DNA of 64,000 nucleotides from Eledone cirrhosa (taxonomy: Eukaryota). A model generated the notes under the pieces. It worked only from the letters and a program-made list of their open reading frames with translations. It made no database searches and was not told where the DNA came from. The position numbers were made by a program, and so were the translations under genes. The DNA lies in NCBI GenBank assembly GCA_964016885.1, contig OZ024743.1, positions 234,546,001 to 234,610,000 of the forward strand, given 5' to 3'. Position 1 is the stretch's first letter, and each line of letters starts with the position of its first letter. Shown in pieces: positions 39,005 to 55,917 of this stretch.

Positions 39005-39274
39005 TATATATACACATATATATATATATATATACACACACATATATATATATATATACACACACATATATATATATACACATATATATATATATATATT
39101 TCCTTAATAGAACGAAACATTGTTGGCTAATAAAGACTTTCGATGTATTGAAGGCTTCTTTGTTTTGCTTTCTTAATTTTTCGGCTCTGTTTAACTACAT
39201 TGAGCTATACCTTTTACTGTCATTTCTATAATACGAAGAGGGTGTTTAACTCCAACAAGCTCCAGTATTTTAAC

Positions 39275-39639
<365 letters not shown>

Positions 39640-39640
<1 letters not shown>

Positions 39641-40322
39641 AGTAATAATAATAAAATTGAAGACTAAAATCCAAAGAGGGCTCGATAAGGAAAATATATA
39701 TCAAATATATAAGAACCGTAGAGCAAATATTTATTAAAATAACAGATTAAAGTTTAAGCAAAGAATCGCTGCTTTCACCCTTAACGGGATCTTCTGAAAC
39801 TAACAAAGTCAATCTGTAAACGCAGAAATGGATATTTCAAAAACCGTTGAAATATCCAGTTCTGCGTTTACAGATTGACTTTGTTAGTTTCAGAAGATCC
39901 CGTTAAGGGTGAAAGCAGCGATTCTTTGCTTAAACTTTAATCTGTTATTTTAATAAATATACACATATATATATATATATATGGTGCCACACCATCCAGG
40001 CCGAAACAAATGAGATCGTGTAGGTGTCACGACAAAAAAACACACAGTCCACGCTGTAATGTGGCCGTGTAGGCAACACGGTAAAAACCTCCCAGACCCA
40101 CACTGTAAATGTGGTTGGTGTTAGGAAGGGCATCCAACTGTAGAAAACCTGCCAGACAGTCCTATGCGAGCAAGACAATCACTCTTGCCTCAAGTGGGAC
40201 TACCCCCGTCCAAACCCATGCAAGCGTGGAACACGGACGTTAAACGTTGATGATGATGATGATGATGATGATATACACATATATATATATATATATACAC
40301 ATATATATATATATATATACAC

Positions 40323-40353
<31 letters not shown>

Positions 40354-40456
40354 TATATATATATATATATACACACACACATATATATATATATATACAC
40401 ACACACACATATATATATACACACACACATATATATACACACACACATATGTATAT

Positions 40457-40517
<61 letters not shown>

Positions 40518-40636
40518 CATATATATTTATTAAAATAACAGATTAAAGTTTAAGCAAAGAATCGCTGCTTTCACCCTTAACGGGATCTTCTGAAATATAT
40601 ATTGGATTTTAGTCTTCAATTTTATTATTATTACTA

Positions 40637-40716
<80 letters not shown>

Positions 40717-41500
40717 TAGTAATAATAATAAAATTGAAGACTAAAATCCAAAGAGGGCTCGATAAGGATAAATATATATCAAATATATAAGAACCGTAGA
40801 GCAAATATTTATTAAATAACAGATTAAAGTTTAAGCAAAGAATCGCTGCTTTCACCCTTAACGGGATCTTCTGAAACTAACAAAGTCAATCTGTAAACGC
40901 AGAACTGGATATTTAAAAAAACGTTGCAACCGGAGGAAGACGATACTTTGGTTCGTGGAAACGTTTGCTGGCAAAGAACGGGAAAAAACAAATAATACGT
41001 CATTAATAGGAGCGGTGAAAAACAATTACGCGCAAAGACAGAACCACGTTTATGGTATAAAAGAGGTCGTAGACTAATGTTCTCTTAGGTGGTGCATAGA
41101 GACGTTCTCTGGCAATGAACGAAAAAACGAAGATAATAAGTCATATGTGGAGCGTGGAGAACAATAGCACGCAAAGACAAAACCACGTAAATGGTATAGC
41201 AGAAGTCGTAGACTAAAATTCTAACTAGGAGACCAAATGAATCTCCGCTACAGAGTTAAGAACAAAGTAAATAAATACAATACAAAAGTAATAGAAATAA
41301 ATAAATACATACACGCAAACAAATACGTACATACACAAGCATACGCAGAACCTTACCATAGGTATACAAAACACGCACATATAAATATGTGTGTGTGTGT
41401 GTATGCTTGTGTACAATAAATAAATAATTATATAAACGTATATAAGTAAATAAATACGTATATAACAAGCGCACACACATACCCACATATAAATACACAA
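39640..41500 (-). mobile_element. Rearranged Penelope-like terminal-repeat remnants (direct and inverted copies)
   Basis: The unit ..CAGAAGATCCCGTTAAGGGTGAAAGC..AATAAA occurs at ~39760(-), 39890(+), 40560(-) and 40840(-); 114-bp-arm hairpin at 39727-39960; ~140-bp tandem repeat at 40980-41230. Confidence 0.5.
39982..40271 (+). mobile_element. RTE family A 3'UTR-only copy
   Basis: Reverse complement of 30234-30520; (GAT)n tail; sits in (TA)n. Confidence 0.9.
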
Positions 41501-41502
41501 AT

Positions 41503-41963
<461 letters not shown>

Positions 41964-42909
41964 ACTAGACATGAAAAATGCGCAAGCTCAAAAGTGCCAC
42001 AGAATGTTATAATAAACCTTCAAAAGTGTGGGACTAGAGTTGTTGCTAAAAAATATTGTAATCATTATATATCGTACATTCTGTGGCATCCTTTATAAAA
42101 ATAGCTTAAACCAACGAAGCCTTTATTTTTACGCTATTTCACTTAGTTAATTCTTAGAGTGTAACATATAAAAATATCATTTATAACTATAAAATAAATT
42201 AATTAATATAATAACAGAGCTGCGGAGCTGAAATTTAGGAAATAATGGAGTATCGGATCCTGAGTTGGAGCCAGTCAATTTTTGGCCGACTCCGCAGCCC
42301 TGTATAATACATTTCATATTAAAGTTATTAATAAATCTCATGCAAATTACCACGAGATATTGATATTAGATATAAGATACAGCGCAATATCTACAGCTGT
42401 AAAAGTACGAAAGCGAAGTAATAATAAGTGGCTTAAGGTAATTCCAATATGAAAGTTTGTAGTGATAAAAATTTGATAATGCAATACGATTGTTAATATT
42501 ATAGTTCTATGAAAATGTAACAATAGATAACTAAATTATTTTACTATTAGTATATTTAAGAAATTATCATTATAGATTTGATCGTTCATATAAGCATCAT
42601 ATTAAGTTTCAACACAATTATTTTGTTACTATGAGTATATGATAATAATATTACGTAATTATTTATAGCTGTTATTACATTAAACATAGATGTATTTATT
42701 TTTATATGTTACACTCTAAGAATTAACTAAGTGAAATAGCGTAAAAATAAAGGCTTCGTTGGTTTAAGCTATTTTTATAAAGGATGCCACAGAATGTACG
42801 ATATATAATGATTACAATATTTTTTAGCAACAACTCTAGTCCCACACTTTTGAAGGTTTATTATAACATTCTGTGGCACTTTTGAGCTTGCGCATTTTTC
42901 ATGTCTAGT
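41964..42909. repeat. 213-bp perfect inverted repeat with 520-bp spacer
   Basis: 41964-42176 is the reverse complement of 42697-42909; the left arm starts at the edge of (TA)n. Confidence 0.92.
42215..42302. mobile_element. Tiny hAT-like MITE
   Basis: TIR CAGAGCTGCGGAG / CTCCGCAGCCCTG; TSD TATAATAA/TATAATAC. Confidence 0.65.
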
Positions 42910-43462
42910 TTAATATTTTTTTAAGGCAACGCTTGTAATAACTCTAGTTAAACAGGATATATATTAATAATAAATTATCGTTGTAATGTAATTAGATTAT
43001 GTAATTGTTATTATAAATTATCTTATAAATATTAGTGTAAGATGTATAAAAATATTTTCAGACTTTTAATATAAACAACTACAAAAAACAATCAATATTA
43101 AATCAATATATTATACATAATAGAAAACATAAAATATACAATACAAAAACAAAATATTTACATACAATTGCAATTATCAGTGTATATACATTTTCTTTAT
43201 ATTCCCTGAGCAAATTAATAAGATTTGTTTTTATTGTACATAATTTGATGACTTGTTGGAGTGTATTAAAAGATAGCAACAATTTGTGATTAAATTGTTA
43301 TCTTAAGCAACTCACTTTTTAATAGTTGTTGGCTGAGCGAAATTGTAAAAGCCTATGAGCAAATATAAAAAAAAATACACAAACAACATTTCCTTGTGTT
43401 ATTACAACATTAGATAAAATAATTGAGCAATGTCGTTATATTTTGCTCTTATTGCACATTAA

Positions 43463-43630
43463 TAGTGTTTCTATTTTTCGGCACAAATCCATTACGGCAG
43501 TCCATTACTGGTACTTTATTTTATCGAATTAGTAAGTATGAAAGTCGAAGTTAACCTCGGCAGGATTTGAACTTAGAATGCAAAGGACCATAACAATACT
43601 GCAAAGCATGGTGTCTGACGCTCTACCAAT
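43463..43630 (-). mobile_element. SINE family 1 copy (degenerate); partial core also at 44436-44482
   Basis: CTGGTACTTTATTTTATCGA and TGTTTCTA are reverse complements of the core and tail. Confidence 0.75.
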
Positions 43631-44026
43631 ACTTGTGTTGAGCTGGTCATTAATTTATGGTGGTCGTGCGTGGAGTAGAGCAATCGCTAGTTGAAATATT
43701 ATGAACAAAACATTTTTATTTGCCGAAGAACATATTTTCAATACTGTTTGTGAATGTGACGAAGGAAATACATTCTGATATGGAACAGTGTACAAAGTGT
43801 GTCTGTGAATAACATAATGTTACCTCATGTTGTTGTCAAGACATAATGGATTTCGTATATCCAGTTAGAAGATGAAACCTAGCCATCTCGGATTAGTTAT
43901 ATTTCATGCCATGTGTAAACGTGTTTGAGGATAGCAAAATATGCGCGTTAATTATAATAATTAGTTAATAATATTACAAAATATACCTAATTAAACTCTT
44001 TGCTTGAAATTTTATCATTCTTCGTT

Positions 44027-44061
<35 letters not shown>

Positions 44062-45489
44062 GGAGAGAGATTTATCTAGTCCTTCGCTCAAGATTAATCT
44101 ATAAGTTTAGATGTTTGCCTTCGTTTAAGTAAATATTACAGTAAGATTTTTAATATAAACAACTACAAAAAACAATTAATATTAAAACGAAAAAATTATC
44201 AATGATAAAAGAAGCGGATGCAACTTTTTTTTTTATAAAGTTATATTCCTGTTTCTTTAAAGAACATTTCATTTTTGTTCTATTGTAGGCGAAATAATGC
44301 AATGGTTTAATAGGGAAGATATAACTTACGAATTATGTCTCTAACCGTGTAACGCTTTTTAAGTAGATAACTACAATTGAAAATACTAAAGAAATGGAAC
44401 CAACAATTCAATTTGAAAGTCGTCTAGTGACAGTGTATTACTGGTACTTTATTTTATCGACCCCGTAACGATGAAAGGCAAAAATGCAAATGCTTAAAAT
44501 TTAAATTGCCTTAATTCTATCGTCTGCTGTTTCATTAAAGGGAGATTATCGTCTGTATTTAATTCTATCGTCTACTGTTCCACTAAACAGATATACCTCC
44601 ACTATCGTCTCTATTTATACATTTTAACTTATAACTTATACACATTTGATTTGAAATATTTTATCTAGTCCCCCCTCTCAATATTATGATGATTTCTTTC
44701 GAATGAAACAGTTCTAGTCCTGTAGAAACCATTTATATATATAATTGAACTGAGTTAAAAATTCACAATATTTATAATTAAATAAGCTCATATATATATG
44801 TGTGTATTTATCTGTTTATTGTATTATATATAATGTGTGTATATACAGGATGTCCCCCAAAAATATATACACACTTCAACAGCATTCTAATAACTATTGC
44901 CTGTACAGGTAATCAAAGTGTCAATCGAATGTTAGTTTCGTGTTTTAACAGTACAAATTTACAATACACACATAAAACCAGTGTATATACATACATGAGT
45001 GTGTATACACATACATGAATGTGTATATACAATATATATGTATATATATATAGACACATATATTCACGGTGCAGCGGTACATTAAAATATAGATGCGGGA
45101 GAGGGGGGGTGTATATATAGGGGCGCTGGGGATAAAGGAGTGTAAAGCGTGTGTAATTGATATATTGAAGGAGAGGAGCGTGCAGCGATAGAGTAACAAA
45201 TATATAGAGAGGGGGAGAGATGGTATTGAAGGGGAGGAGTGCAAAGCGAAAGAGTAAGAGATATATATAGAGACGGAACAGATAGAGAGAAACAGGCGTA
45301 AGTAACAGTGGAAGAGATATAGAGAGAGGTACTCTGATTGGTTGAAAATTAGCCAATGACATACGATCACCACCACCACGGCTATCCCCGAAAAATTTTT
45401 TAAGAAGCTACGCATATATGTTAGAACACGAAAAGTGAACATTCTGTTGTTTCACACTTTTCGTGTTCTAACAGATATACATATATATA

Positions 45490-45682
45490 TATTGTTATAT
45501 TTGGGGAGGGTCATATTTGCGTAATATTGCCAGAATTAATAACAGAACACACTCACTGTTTGGTTGGTTTGCGCTTCTCGTTGTCTTTTATATCTGTGAT
45601 CTAACTTACTCGGTCCTCAATGTTGCCGTTGACTGACCTTTCCCAAATATAACAATGTCTGTTTCGACACACGATTTCATAT
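45490..45682 (-). mobile_element. Relative of the 14335-14670 fold-back element
   Basis: Inverted ends ATTGTTATATTTGGGGAGGGTCA / TGACCTTTCCCAAATATAACAAT; flank GTGTGTCGAAACAGAC matches 14342-14357. Confidence 0.6.
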
Positions 45683-45704
45683 AAAAAACCTCGCTAAACT
45701 AATT

Positions 45705-46852
<1,148 letters not shown>

Positions 46853-47333
46853 TAGGCATCTCTATCAAAACACACCCCCGTCCCACCACCTCCACCCCAC
46901 CCACACCGCCCCTTTCAATGTAAAGTTATGTTGGTCCCACAACATCCAGGCCGAAACAGATGAGATCGTGTAGGTGTCACGACAAAAAACACACAGTCCA
47001 CGCTGTAAATGTGGCCGTGTAGGCAACACGGTAAAAACCTCCCAGCCCCACACTGTAAATGTGGTTGGTGTTAGGAAGGGCATCCAGCTGTAGAAAACCC
47101 GCCAGACAGTCCATGCTGTAATGTGGCCGTGTAGGCAACACGGTAAAAACCTCCCAGCCCCACACTGTAAATGTGGTTGGTGTTAGGAAGGGCATCCAAC
47201 TGTAGAAAACCCGCCAGACAGTCCTATGCGAGCAAGACAACCACTCTTGCCTCAAGTGGGAAAACCCCCGTCCAAACCCATGCAAGCGTGGAACACGGAC
47301 GCTAAACCTGATGATGATGATGATGATAATGAT
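46853..47333 (+). mobile_element. RTE family A 3'UTR copy (subfamily with ~117-bp UTR duplication)
   Basis: Nearly identical to 55168-55646 and 57860-58337. Confidence 0.9.
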
Positions 47334-47359
47334 ATATACATACATATATATATATATAT

Positions 47360-47486
<127 letters not shown>

Positions 47487-47504
47487 TATATATAAAAATA
47501 TATT

Positions 47505-47535
<31 letters not shown>

Positions 47536-47536
<1 letters not shown>

Positions 47537-48782
47537 TCATCATCAACGTTTAACGTCCGTGTTCCACGCTTGGTGTTGCCTACACGGCCACATTACAGCG
47601 TGGACTGTGTGTTTTTTTGTCGTGACACCTACACGATCTCATTTGTTTCGGCCTGGATGGTGTGGGACCAACATAACTTTACATAGAAGGGGGCGGTGTG
47701 GATGGGGTGTGGTGGTGGTGGGGGGTGGGGGGTATTTTGTTATAGATGCCTACTGACTGTAGTAGGTTTTACTTTGTATTTAGGTAAGGCGGGTCTTCTC
47801 TATTACTGAGTACTGCCAAAGGTCTCGGTCCAGTGACATTGTCTTGGTGAGGTGTAAGTGTGTGAGGTCGGAGTTTATCAGCTCGTCCCAGGTTTTTCTG
47901 GGTCTGCCTATTCCGTGGCTACCGTCTATCTTTATTGCCCTGCACTTTGTTATACAGCTATCGTCCTTCATGCGCATCACGTGACCATACCAACGTAGCC
48001 TTCTCTCTAGTAAACAACATCTGATCCCTCTTATTTCTAATTTTTTCCTTAGTTCGTTTATGCTTTGTCGTTCACGTATATTACTATTACACATCCAGCG
48101 GAGCATGCAAGCTTCGTTTCTCTCTAGTCTGCGTATATCCTCTGCACACAATGCCCAGGTCTCACTGCCATGCAACATTGCTGTTCGTATGCAGGCATCG
48201 TACAACCTGCCTTTCATTTTTAGGGAGAACCCTTTAGCGGCTAATAGTGGTATAAGCTCTCTGAACTTTTTCCACCCAGTTCTGACTCTAGCTACTGTAC
48301 TTTCAGAGCACCCTCCTCCACTGTTGATTTTGTCACCCAGGTAACGGAAGCTGTCCACTATTTCTATAGAACCCTCTGCGCAGTTGAAAGAGCTAGTATT
48401 TTGTGGGCACTTGCTGCTACTTATTGCCCCAGAACACCGGCCACATGTAAAATCTATGTTCTTAGTTAGCTTACCTGTGATCCCACTACATCTTTTATGA
48501 ACCCAAACTTTGCATTTGGGACACAAAATGGAATTTCTACCTACGCCTCTCCTACACTCTGCGCATGGCCACTTCCCGGAGGGGACCGCCGCCTTATTTT
48601 CTTTCTTACAAACTAGAACTTTAGTCTTAGCCAGGTTAATTTTAAGGCCTTTTGATTCTAGGCAGTGCTTCCATGTTTGGAATTTCTTCTCTAGCTCGGC
48701 CATTGATTCAGCTATGAGCGTTAGATCATCTGCGTATAGGAGTTCCCATGGGCAGCCGGCCTTGAACTCCACTGTTATAGCC
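47536..48782 (-). mobile_element. RTE family A, 5'-truncated copy, tail-to-tail with 46853-47333
   Basis: YADD, PHD insert and EKTRLT stop; 3'UTR with internal deletion. Confidence 0.93.
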
Positions 48783-49020
48783 ATCCGCGGCCGAAACAAA
48801 GAGGCATGTTCGCATTCTCGTCCACGAGGTGTGTTTGTCTTTAACTTTGGCATTGTCGCTGAGCGTCCAGATTTTTCTCTCTTCTACTCTCCGGAACTCC
48901 GTAGTCCTTCCATCCTACATACCGAAGGCGACAGGTAAGCGATAGTATAGGCCTCTGGCTTATGATTGGTCCACGTGATAATAATGGTGGTGCGTGAGGG
49001 CGGGAGGCAGGGGTGTTGAG
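48783..49020. promoter_or_regulatory. CpG-rich promoter-like island (GC box, E-box, CCAAT)
   Basis: ATTGG (48965), CACGTG (48972) and GGGCGGG (48998) cluster; minus-strand ATG at 48853; plus-strand donor-like CAG|GTAAGC at ~48935. Confidence 0.35.
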
Positions 49021-51904
49021 TTGTTAGCGAGAAGAATATTTTTAAGTTAGATCCTAGTATTTAACGAACGTAAACAAAAATACAAGATTTGTTTAGTAAG
49101 ATACGCCAAAAACTTCCGTATTTTTGTTAGCGAGAAGAATATTTTTAAGTTAGATCCTAGTATTTAACGAACGTAAACAAAAATACAAGATTTGTTTAGT
49201 AAGATACGCCAAAAACTTCCGTATTTTTGTTAGCGAGAAGAATATTTTAAAGTTAGATCCTAGTATTTAACGAACGTAAACAAAAATACAAGATTTGTTT
49301 AGTAAGATACGCCAAAAACTTCCGTATTTTTGTTAGCGAGAAGAATATTTTTAAGTTAGATCCTAGTATTTAACGAACGTAAACAAAAATACAAGATTTG
49401 TTTAGTAAGATACGCCAAAAACTTCCGTATTTTTGTTAGCGAGAAGAATATTTTTAAGTTAGATCCTAGTATTTAACGAACGTAAACAAAAATACAAGAT
49501 TTGTTTAGTAAGATACGCCAAAAACTTCCGTATTTTTGTTAGCGAGAAGAATATTTTTAAGTTAGATCCTAGTATTTAACGAACGTAAACAAAAATACAA
49601 GATTTGTTTAGTAAGATACGCCAAAAACTTCCGTATTTTTGTTAGCGAGAAGAATATTTTTAAGTTAGATCCTAGTATTTAACGAACGTAAACAAAAAAA
49701 CAAGATTTGTTTAGTAAGATACGCCAAAAACTTCCGTATTTTTGTTAGCGAGAAGAATATTTTTAAGTTAGATCCTAGTATTTAACGAACGTAAACAAAA
49801 AAACAAGATTTGTTTAGTAAGATACGCCAAAAACTTCCGTATTTTTGTTAGCGAGAAGAATATTTTAAAGTTAGATCCTAGTATTTAACGAACGTAAACA
49901 AAAATACAAGATTTGTTTAGTAAGATACGCCAAAAACTTCCGTATTTTTGTTAGCGAGAAGAATATTTTTAAGTTAGATCCTAGTATTTAACGAACGTAA
50001 ACAAAAATACAAGATTTGTTTAGTAAGATACGCCAAAAACTTCCGTATTTTTGTTAGCGAGAAGAATATTTTAAAGTTAGATCCTAGTATTTAACGAACG
50101 TAAACAAAAATACAAGATTTGTTTAGTAAGATACGCCAAAAACTTCCGTATTTTTGTTAGCGAGAAGAATATTTTTAAGTTAGATCCTAGTATTTAACGA
50201 ACGTAAACAAAAAAACAAGATTTGTTTAGCAAGATATGCCAAAAACTTCCGTATTTTTGTTAGCGAGAAGAATATTTTTAAGTTAGATCCTAGTATTTAA
50301 CGAACGTAAACAAAAATACAAGATTTGTTTAGTAAGATACGCCAAAAACTTCCGTATTTTTGTTAGCGAGAAGAATATTTTTAAGTTAGATCCTAGTATT
50401 TAACGAACGTAAACAAAAATACAAGATTTGTTTAGTAAGATACGCCAAAAACTTCCGTATTTTTGTTAGCGAGAAGAATATGTTTAAGTTAGATCCTAGT
50501 ATTTAACGAACGTAAACAAAAAAACAAGATTTGTTTAGCAAGATACACCAAAAACTTCCGTATTTTTGTTAGCGAGAAGAATATTTTTAAGTTAGATCCT
50601 AGTATTTAACGAACGTAAACAAAAATACAAGATTTGTTTAGTAAGATACGCCAAAAACTTCCGTATTTTTGTTAGCGAGAAGAATATTTTTAAGTTAGAT
50701 CCTAGTATTTAACGAACGTAAACAAAAATACAAGATTTGTTTAGTAAGATACGCCAAAAACTTCCGTATTTTTGTTAGCGAGAAGAATATTTTTAAGTTA
50801 GATCCTAGTATTTAACGAACGTAAACAAAAATACAAGATTTGTTTAGTAAGATACGCCAAAAACTTCCGTATTTTTGTTAGCGAGAAGAATATTTTTAAG
50901 TTAGATCCTAGTATTTAACGAACGTAAACAAAAAAACAAGATTTGTTTAGCAAGATACGCCAAAAACTTCCGTATTTTTGTTAGCGAGAAGAATATTTTT
51001 AAGTTAGATCCTAGTATTTAACGAACGTAAACAAAAATACAAGATTTGTTTAGTAAGATACGCCAAAAACTTCCGTATTTTTGTTAGCGAGAAGAATATT
51101 TTTAAGTTAGATCCTAGTATTTAACGAACGTAAACAAAAATACAAGATTTGTTTAGTAAGATACGCCAAAAACTTCCGTATTTTTGTTAGCGAGAAGAAT
51201 ATTTTTAAGTTAGATCCTAGTATTTAACGAACGTAAACAAAAATACAAGATTTGTTTAGTAAGATATGCCAAAAACTTCCGTATTTTTGTTAGCGAGAAG
51301 AATATTTTTAAGTTAGATCCTAGTATTTAACGAACGTAAACAAAAATACAAGATTTGTTTAGTAAGATACGCCAAAAACTTCCGTATTTTTGTTAGCGAG
51401 AAGAATATTTTTAAGTTAGATCCTAGTATTTAACGAACGTAAACAAAAAAACAAGATTTGTTTAGCAAGATACGCCAAAAACTTCCGTATTTTTGTTAGC
51501 GAGAAGAATATTTTTAAGTTAGATCCTAGTATTTAACGAACGTAAACAAAAATACAAGATTTGTTTAGTAAGATACGCCAAAAACTTCCGTATTTTTGTT
51601 AGCGAGAAGAATATTTTTAAGTTAGATCCTAGTATTTAACGAACGTAAACAAAAATACAAGATTTGTTTAGTAAGATACGCCAAAAACTTCCGTATTTTT
51701 GTTAGCGAGAAGAATATTTTTAAGTTAGATCCTAGTATTTAACGAACGTAAACAAAAATACAAGATTTGTTTAGTAAGATATGCCAAAAACTTCCGTATT
51801 TTTGTTAGCGAGAAGAATATTTTTAAGTTAGATCCTAGTATTTAACGAACGTAAACAAAAATACAAGATTTGTTTAGTAAGATACGCCAAAAACTTCCGT
51901 ATTT
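49021..51904. repeat. Tandem array, 28 copies of a 103-bp unit, near-identical
   Basis: Unit TTGTTAGCGAGAAGAATATT..AACTTCCGTATTT starts at 49021, 49124, 49227 and so on; 2884 bp / 103 = 28; only a few recurring SNPs. Confidence 0.97.
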
Positions 51905-51999
51905 TACAATCAGGACAAAATACAAGAGATTTGTTTTGGAAAATACAGGAGGAAATAGGTTTGGAAGGACTATGGAATAAGCGGATGTTAGAAAGCTGT

Positions 52000-52576
<577 letters not shown>

Positions 52577-54824
52577 TAACTTTGAATAACTTTGAAATGT
52601 TCTGGCCAGTATTGGCCCAGGCCATGTCTAACTTAATAGCACCACCTGGCGAAGTCTTTCAATTCAGGATTTGGGCACCATGACCCATTCGAGAAGAGAA
52701 TTACTGTTTGCGGAGACATATCCGGGTGTGGGTGGTTTGTCCGGGATTACTTGGAGGAATTTGTCCAAAGACTTCTTGAATTTTGTGTGGTCAGTTTTTG
52801 TTTTGACGTGTCCTGGTGTGATGTTGAAGAGAGCAGGGCCGATTGAGGTGAAATAATTGTGCCGTATTGTTGTTATGAGTTGCGATTTAGATTTTTGAAT
52901 GGGACGGATCGCACGGGGCCCAAGCCTTGGGTGTATCTTGAAGGCGATGCCAACATCATTTGGGCAGTGATGATGGAACATTTTCCACATCATGCAGATA
53001 ATATAACGCTCACGGCGACGTTGGAGTGAGTAAAGTTTCAGGTTTTCTAGTCGACCCCAGTAGTCAAGGTCTGACATGCCATCTATCTTTTTCGTGATTG
53101 CCCTTTGAGGAGCTTCAAGTTTCATGATACTTTGTTTCGTGTGGGGAGACCACAGTGGACAACAGTATTCAAGGTGTGGTCGGGCAAAAGTAGAGAAGAG
53201 AAGGATAATGGTGTGGGAATCTCTCGACTGGAAGGTTCTGAGGATCCAGGAACACATTCTGTGGGCCATGTCAACTTTGCTGCTTATATGCGTGGCCCAG
53301 CTTATGTTGCTGTCCACGGTTACTCCCAAGTCTCTGATGTTGTTAGATGCCACGAGAGTTTCCCCGGAGGGAAGGGAGTAAGGGAGTTTCAGAGCATCCT
53401 CTTTTCCAAAGTGGATCAGTTCGAATTTGTCTTCGTTCAGTAACATGTTGTTCTTTTCCGCCCATTGGGTAACAGCCAGTAGGTCTGACTGAAGGCTTAT
53501 CCGGTCATCCACGCCTTTGATGACCTTTTGGAGCTTGGAATCATCAGCGAAAATTTTAATGTTGCTGTGTTTGATGATGTCAGTGATGTCATTAATATAG
53601 ATGATGAAGAGAAGTGGGCCCAACACAGTGCCTTGTGGGACCCCACTACTGACTTTGGCTGGGCTGGATTTGACTCCCTCAACTACAACATGTTGGGTTC
53701 TATTTGACAGGAAGCTCTTGATCCACTGCAGCAGCTTTCCAGTGACACCAATATTGGACAGCTTTCTCAGTAGAATGTTATGATCAACCCTGTCAAAGGC
53801 CTTGCTGAAATCAAGGTAGATAACATCAGTGTTGGAACCCTCTCCCAAGGCTCTCAAAATGTCATCAAAGTGATGCAGTAGCTGCGTCAGGCAATCCCTT
53901 CCATTACGGAATCCATGCTGGTTGGAGTTCAGCATATTGTTACTCTCAAGGAAGTGGGTCATTCGCGATCTCACCACTCTCTCAAATACCTTAATGATAT
54001 GAGAGGTGAGTGAGATTGGACGGTAATTCACGGCAAGAGATTTGTTTCCCTTTTTGAAAACTGGGACAACAGACTGGGATAGAAGGTTTTCTGGCACATA
54101 TCCAGCATCCAGTGAGTTCCGCCACAGATTGGCAAGAGGAGATGCAAGTTGGTGTTGACACGCCTTCAAGACACAAGCAGGGAACCTATCGGGACCTACT
54201 GCTGAATTATGCTTGATTTCCTTTATTGCCGCTAAGACATCAGGGGCGCCAAACGTTATGTCCGATAAGGTGCAATGGGGAGTAACATCGCCGATACAGC
54301 CCAGATCGGCCATATCAGGATTGCTGAAAACAGAACAGTATTGTTTCTGCAGTATCTCACCCATGGTTTTAGCATTGTCTTGAAGAGTGCCATTTTCATC
54401 AATTAGAGGGCCAACAGTAGAGCCAGTGATTTTGTGTTTTTTTGCAAATTGAAAAGAACACTTTGGGATTGAGTTTGATCTTCTCAATGGCCCAGGCCTC
54501 TTCAGCTCTTCTCTGATTGTTGATGAGGGACATTATGTTGTTTTGGAGGTTATGTTTTTTAATCTCTAGTGATGAAATGGCAGTCAAGTTGATGTGTTGC
54601 TGCTGACAGTATTTCAGCTTGTTGATTTTTTTGTTCGTTCTCTTAATTTTTCTGATGAGCGTTTTTCTATTTCTAGGGATTCTGCTCTTAGATTTGTTTA
54701 TAGTTCTTAATGGGGTGTGTTTTGCACATATGTTTGTAACAGTGTCCACAAATGTCTGCCAGGACTTTTTGATGTTAGTGGGTGTATGAGTGTGCGTGAA
54801 GGACCAGTCGACATGTGCAAGATC
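52577..54824 (-). mobile_element. CR1-group LINE, 5'-truncated, inserted in (TA)n
   Basis: [59 protein letters not shown]; tail (TTCAAAGTTA)2; frameshift near 54450. Confidence 0.93.
52664..54487 (-). CDS. CR1-group reverse transcriptase ORF2 portion (607 aa open)
   Basis: Complete RT domain motifs in the supplied ORF. Confidence 0.85.
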   Translation of the reverse strand: MRRSNSIPKCSFQFAKKHKITGSTVGPLIDENGTLQDNAKTMGEILQKQYCSVFSNPDMADLGCIGDVTPHCTLSDITFGAPDVLAAIKEIKHNSAVGPDRFPACVLKACQHQLASPLANLWRNSLDAGYVPENLLSQSVVPVFKKGNKSLAVNYRPISLTSHIIKVFERVVRSRMTHFLESNNMLNSNQHGFRNGRDCLTQLLHHFDDILRALGEGSNTDVIYLDFSKAFDRVDHNILLRKLSNIGVTGKLLQWIKSFLSNRTQHVVVEGVKSSPAKVSSGVPQGTVLGPLLFIIYINDITDIIKHSNIKIFADDSKLQKVIKGVDDRISLQSDLLAVTQWAEKNNMLLNEDKFELIHFGKEDALKLPYSLPSGETLVASNNIRDLGVTVDSNISWATHISSKVDMAHRMCSWILRTFQSRDSHTIILLFSTFARPHLEYCCPLWSPHTKQSIMKLEAPQRAITKKIDGMSDLDYWGRLENLKLYSLQRRRERYIICMMWKMFHHHCPNDVGIAFKIHPRLGPRAIRPIQKSKSQLITTIRHNYFTSIGPALFNITPGHVKTKTDHTKFKKSLDKFLQVIPDKPPTPGYVSANSNSLLEWVMVPKS

Positions 54825-54859
54825 TATATATATATATATACACATATATATATATACAC

Positions 54860-54904
<45 letters not shown>

Positions 54905-54921
54905 TATATATATATATATAT

Positions 54922-55646
54922 ATACGTTGGTACGGTCACGTGATGCGCATGAAAGACGACAGCTGTATAACAAAGTGCAGGGCAATAAAGATAGACGGTA
55001 GCCACGGAGTAGGCAGACCCAGAAAAACATGGGACGAGCTGATAAATTCCGACCTCACACGCTTACACCTCTCCAAGACAATGTCACTGGACCGAGACCT
55101 TTGGCGGTACTCAGTAATAGAGAAGACCCGCCTTACCTAAATACAAAGTAAAAACCTACTACAGTCAGTAGGCATCTCTATCAAAACACACCCCCGTCCC
55201 ACCACCTCCACCCCACCCACACCGCCCCTTTCAATGTAAAGTTATGTTGGTCCCACAACATCCAGGCCGAAACAAATGAGATCGTGTAGGTGTCACGACA
55301 AAAAACACACAGTCCACGCTGTAAATGTGGCCGTGTAGGCAACACGGTAAAAACCTCCCAGCCCCACACTGTAAATGTGGTTGGTGTTAGGAAGGGCATC
55401 CAGCTGTAGAAAACCCGCCAGACAGTCCACGCTGTAATGTGGCCGTGTAGGCAACACGGTAAAAACCTCCCAGCCCCACACTGTAAATGTGGTTGGTGTT
55501 AGGAAGGGCATCCAACTGTAGAAAACCCGCCAGACAGTCCTATGCGAGCAAGACAACCACTCTTGCCTCAAGTGGGAAAACCCCCGTCCAAACCCATGCA
55601 AGCGTGGAACACGGACGCTAAACCTGATGATGATGATGATGATGAT
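54922..55646 (+). mobile_element. RTE family A 3' fragment
   Basis: [18 protein letters not shown] plus UTR; nearly identical to 57615-58337. Confidence 0.93.
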
Positions 55647-55661
55647 ATATATATATGTATT

Positions 55662-55692
<31 letters not shown>

Positions 55693-55703
55693 GTATATAT
55701 ATA

Positions 55704-55767
<64 letters not shown>

Positions 55768-55818
55768 TATATATATACATACATATATATATATATATAT
55801 ACACATATACATATATAT

Positions 55819-55851
<33 letters not shown>

Positions 55852-55857
55852 CATACA

Positions 55858-55917
<60 letters not shown>

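Noticed and set aside
41964-42909. MITE interpretation of the 213-bp inverted repeat
   Set aside because: No TSD or recognisable TIR terminus; kept as an inverted duplication, though a foldback element is not excluded.
48925-48950. U1 snRNA 5' end (CTTACCTG on the minus strand)
   Set aside because: Only 8 nt match; the downstream sequence does not resemble U1.
49021-51904. CRISPR-like array
   Set aside because: Units are contiguous and near-identical with no unique spacers; no cas genes; eukaryotic context.
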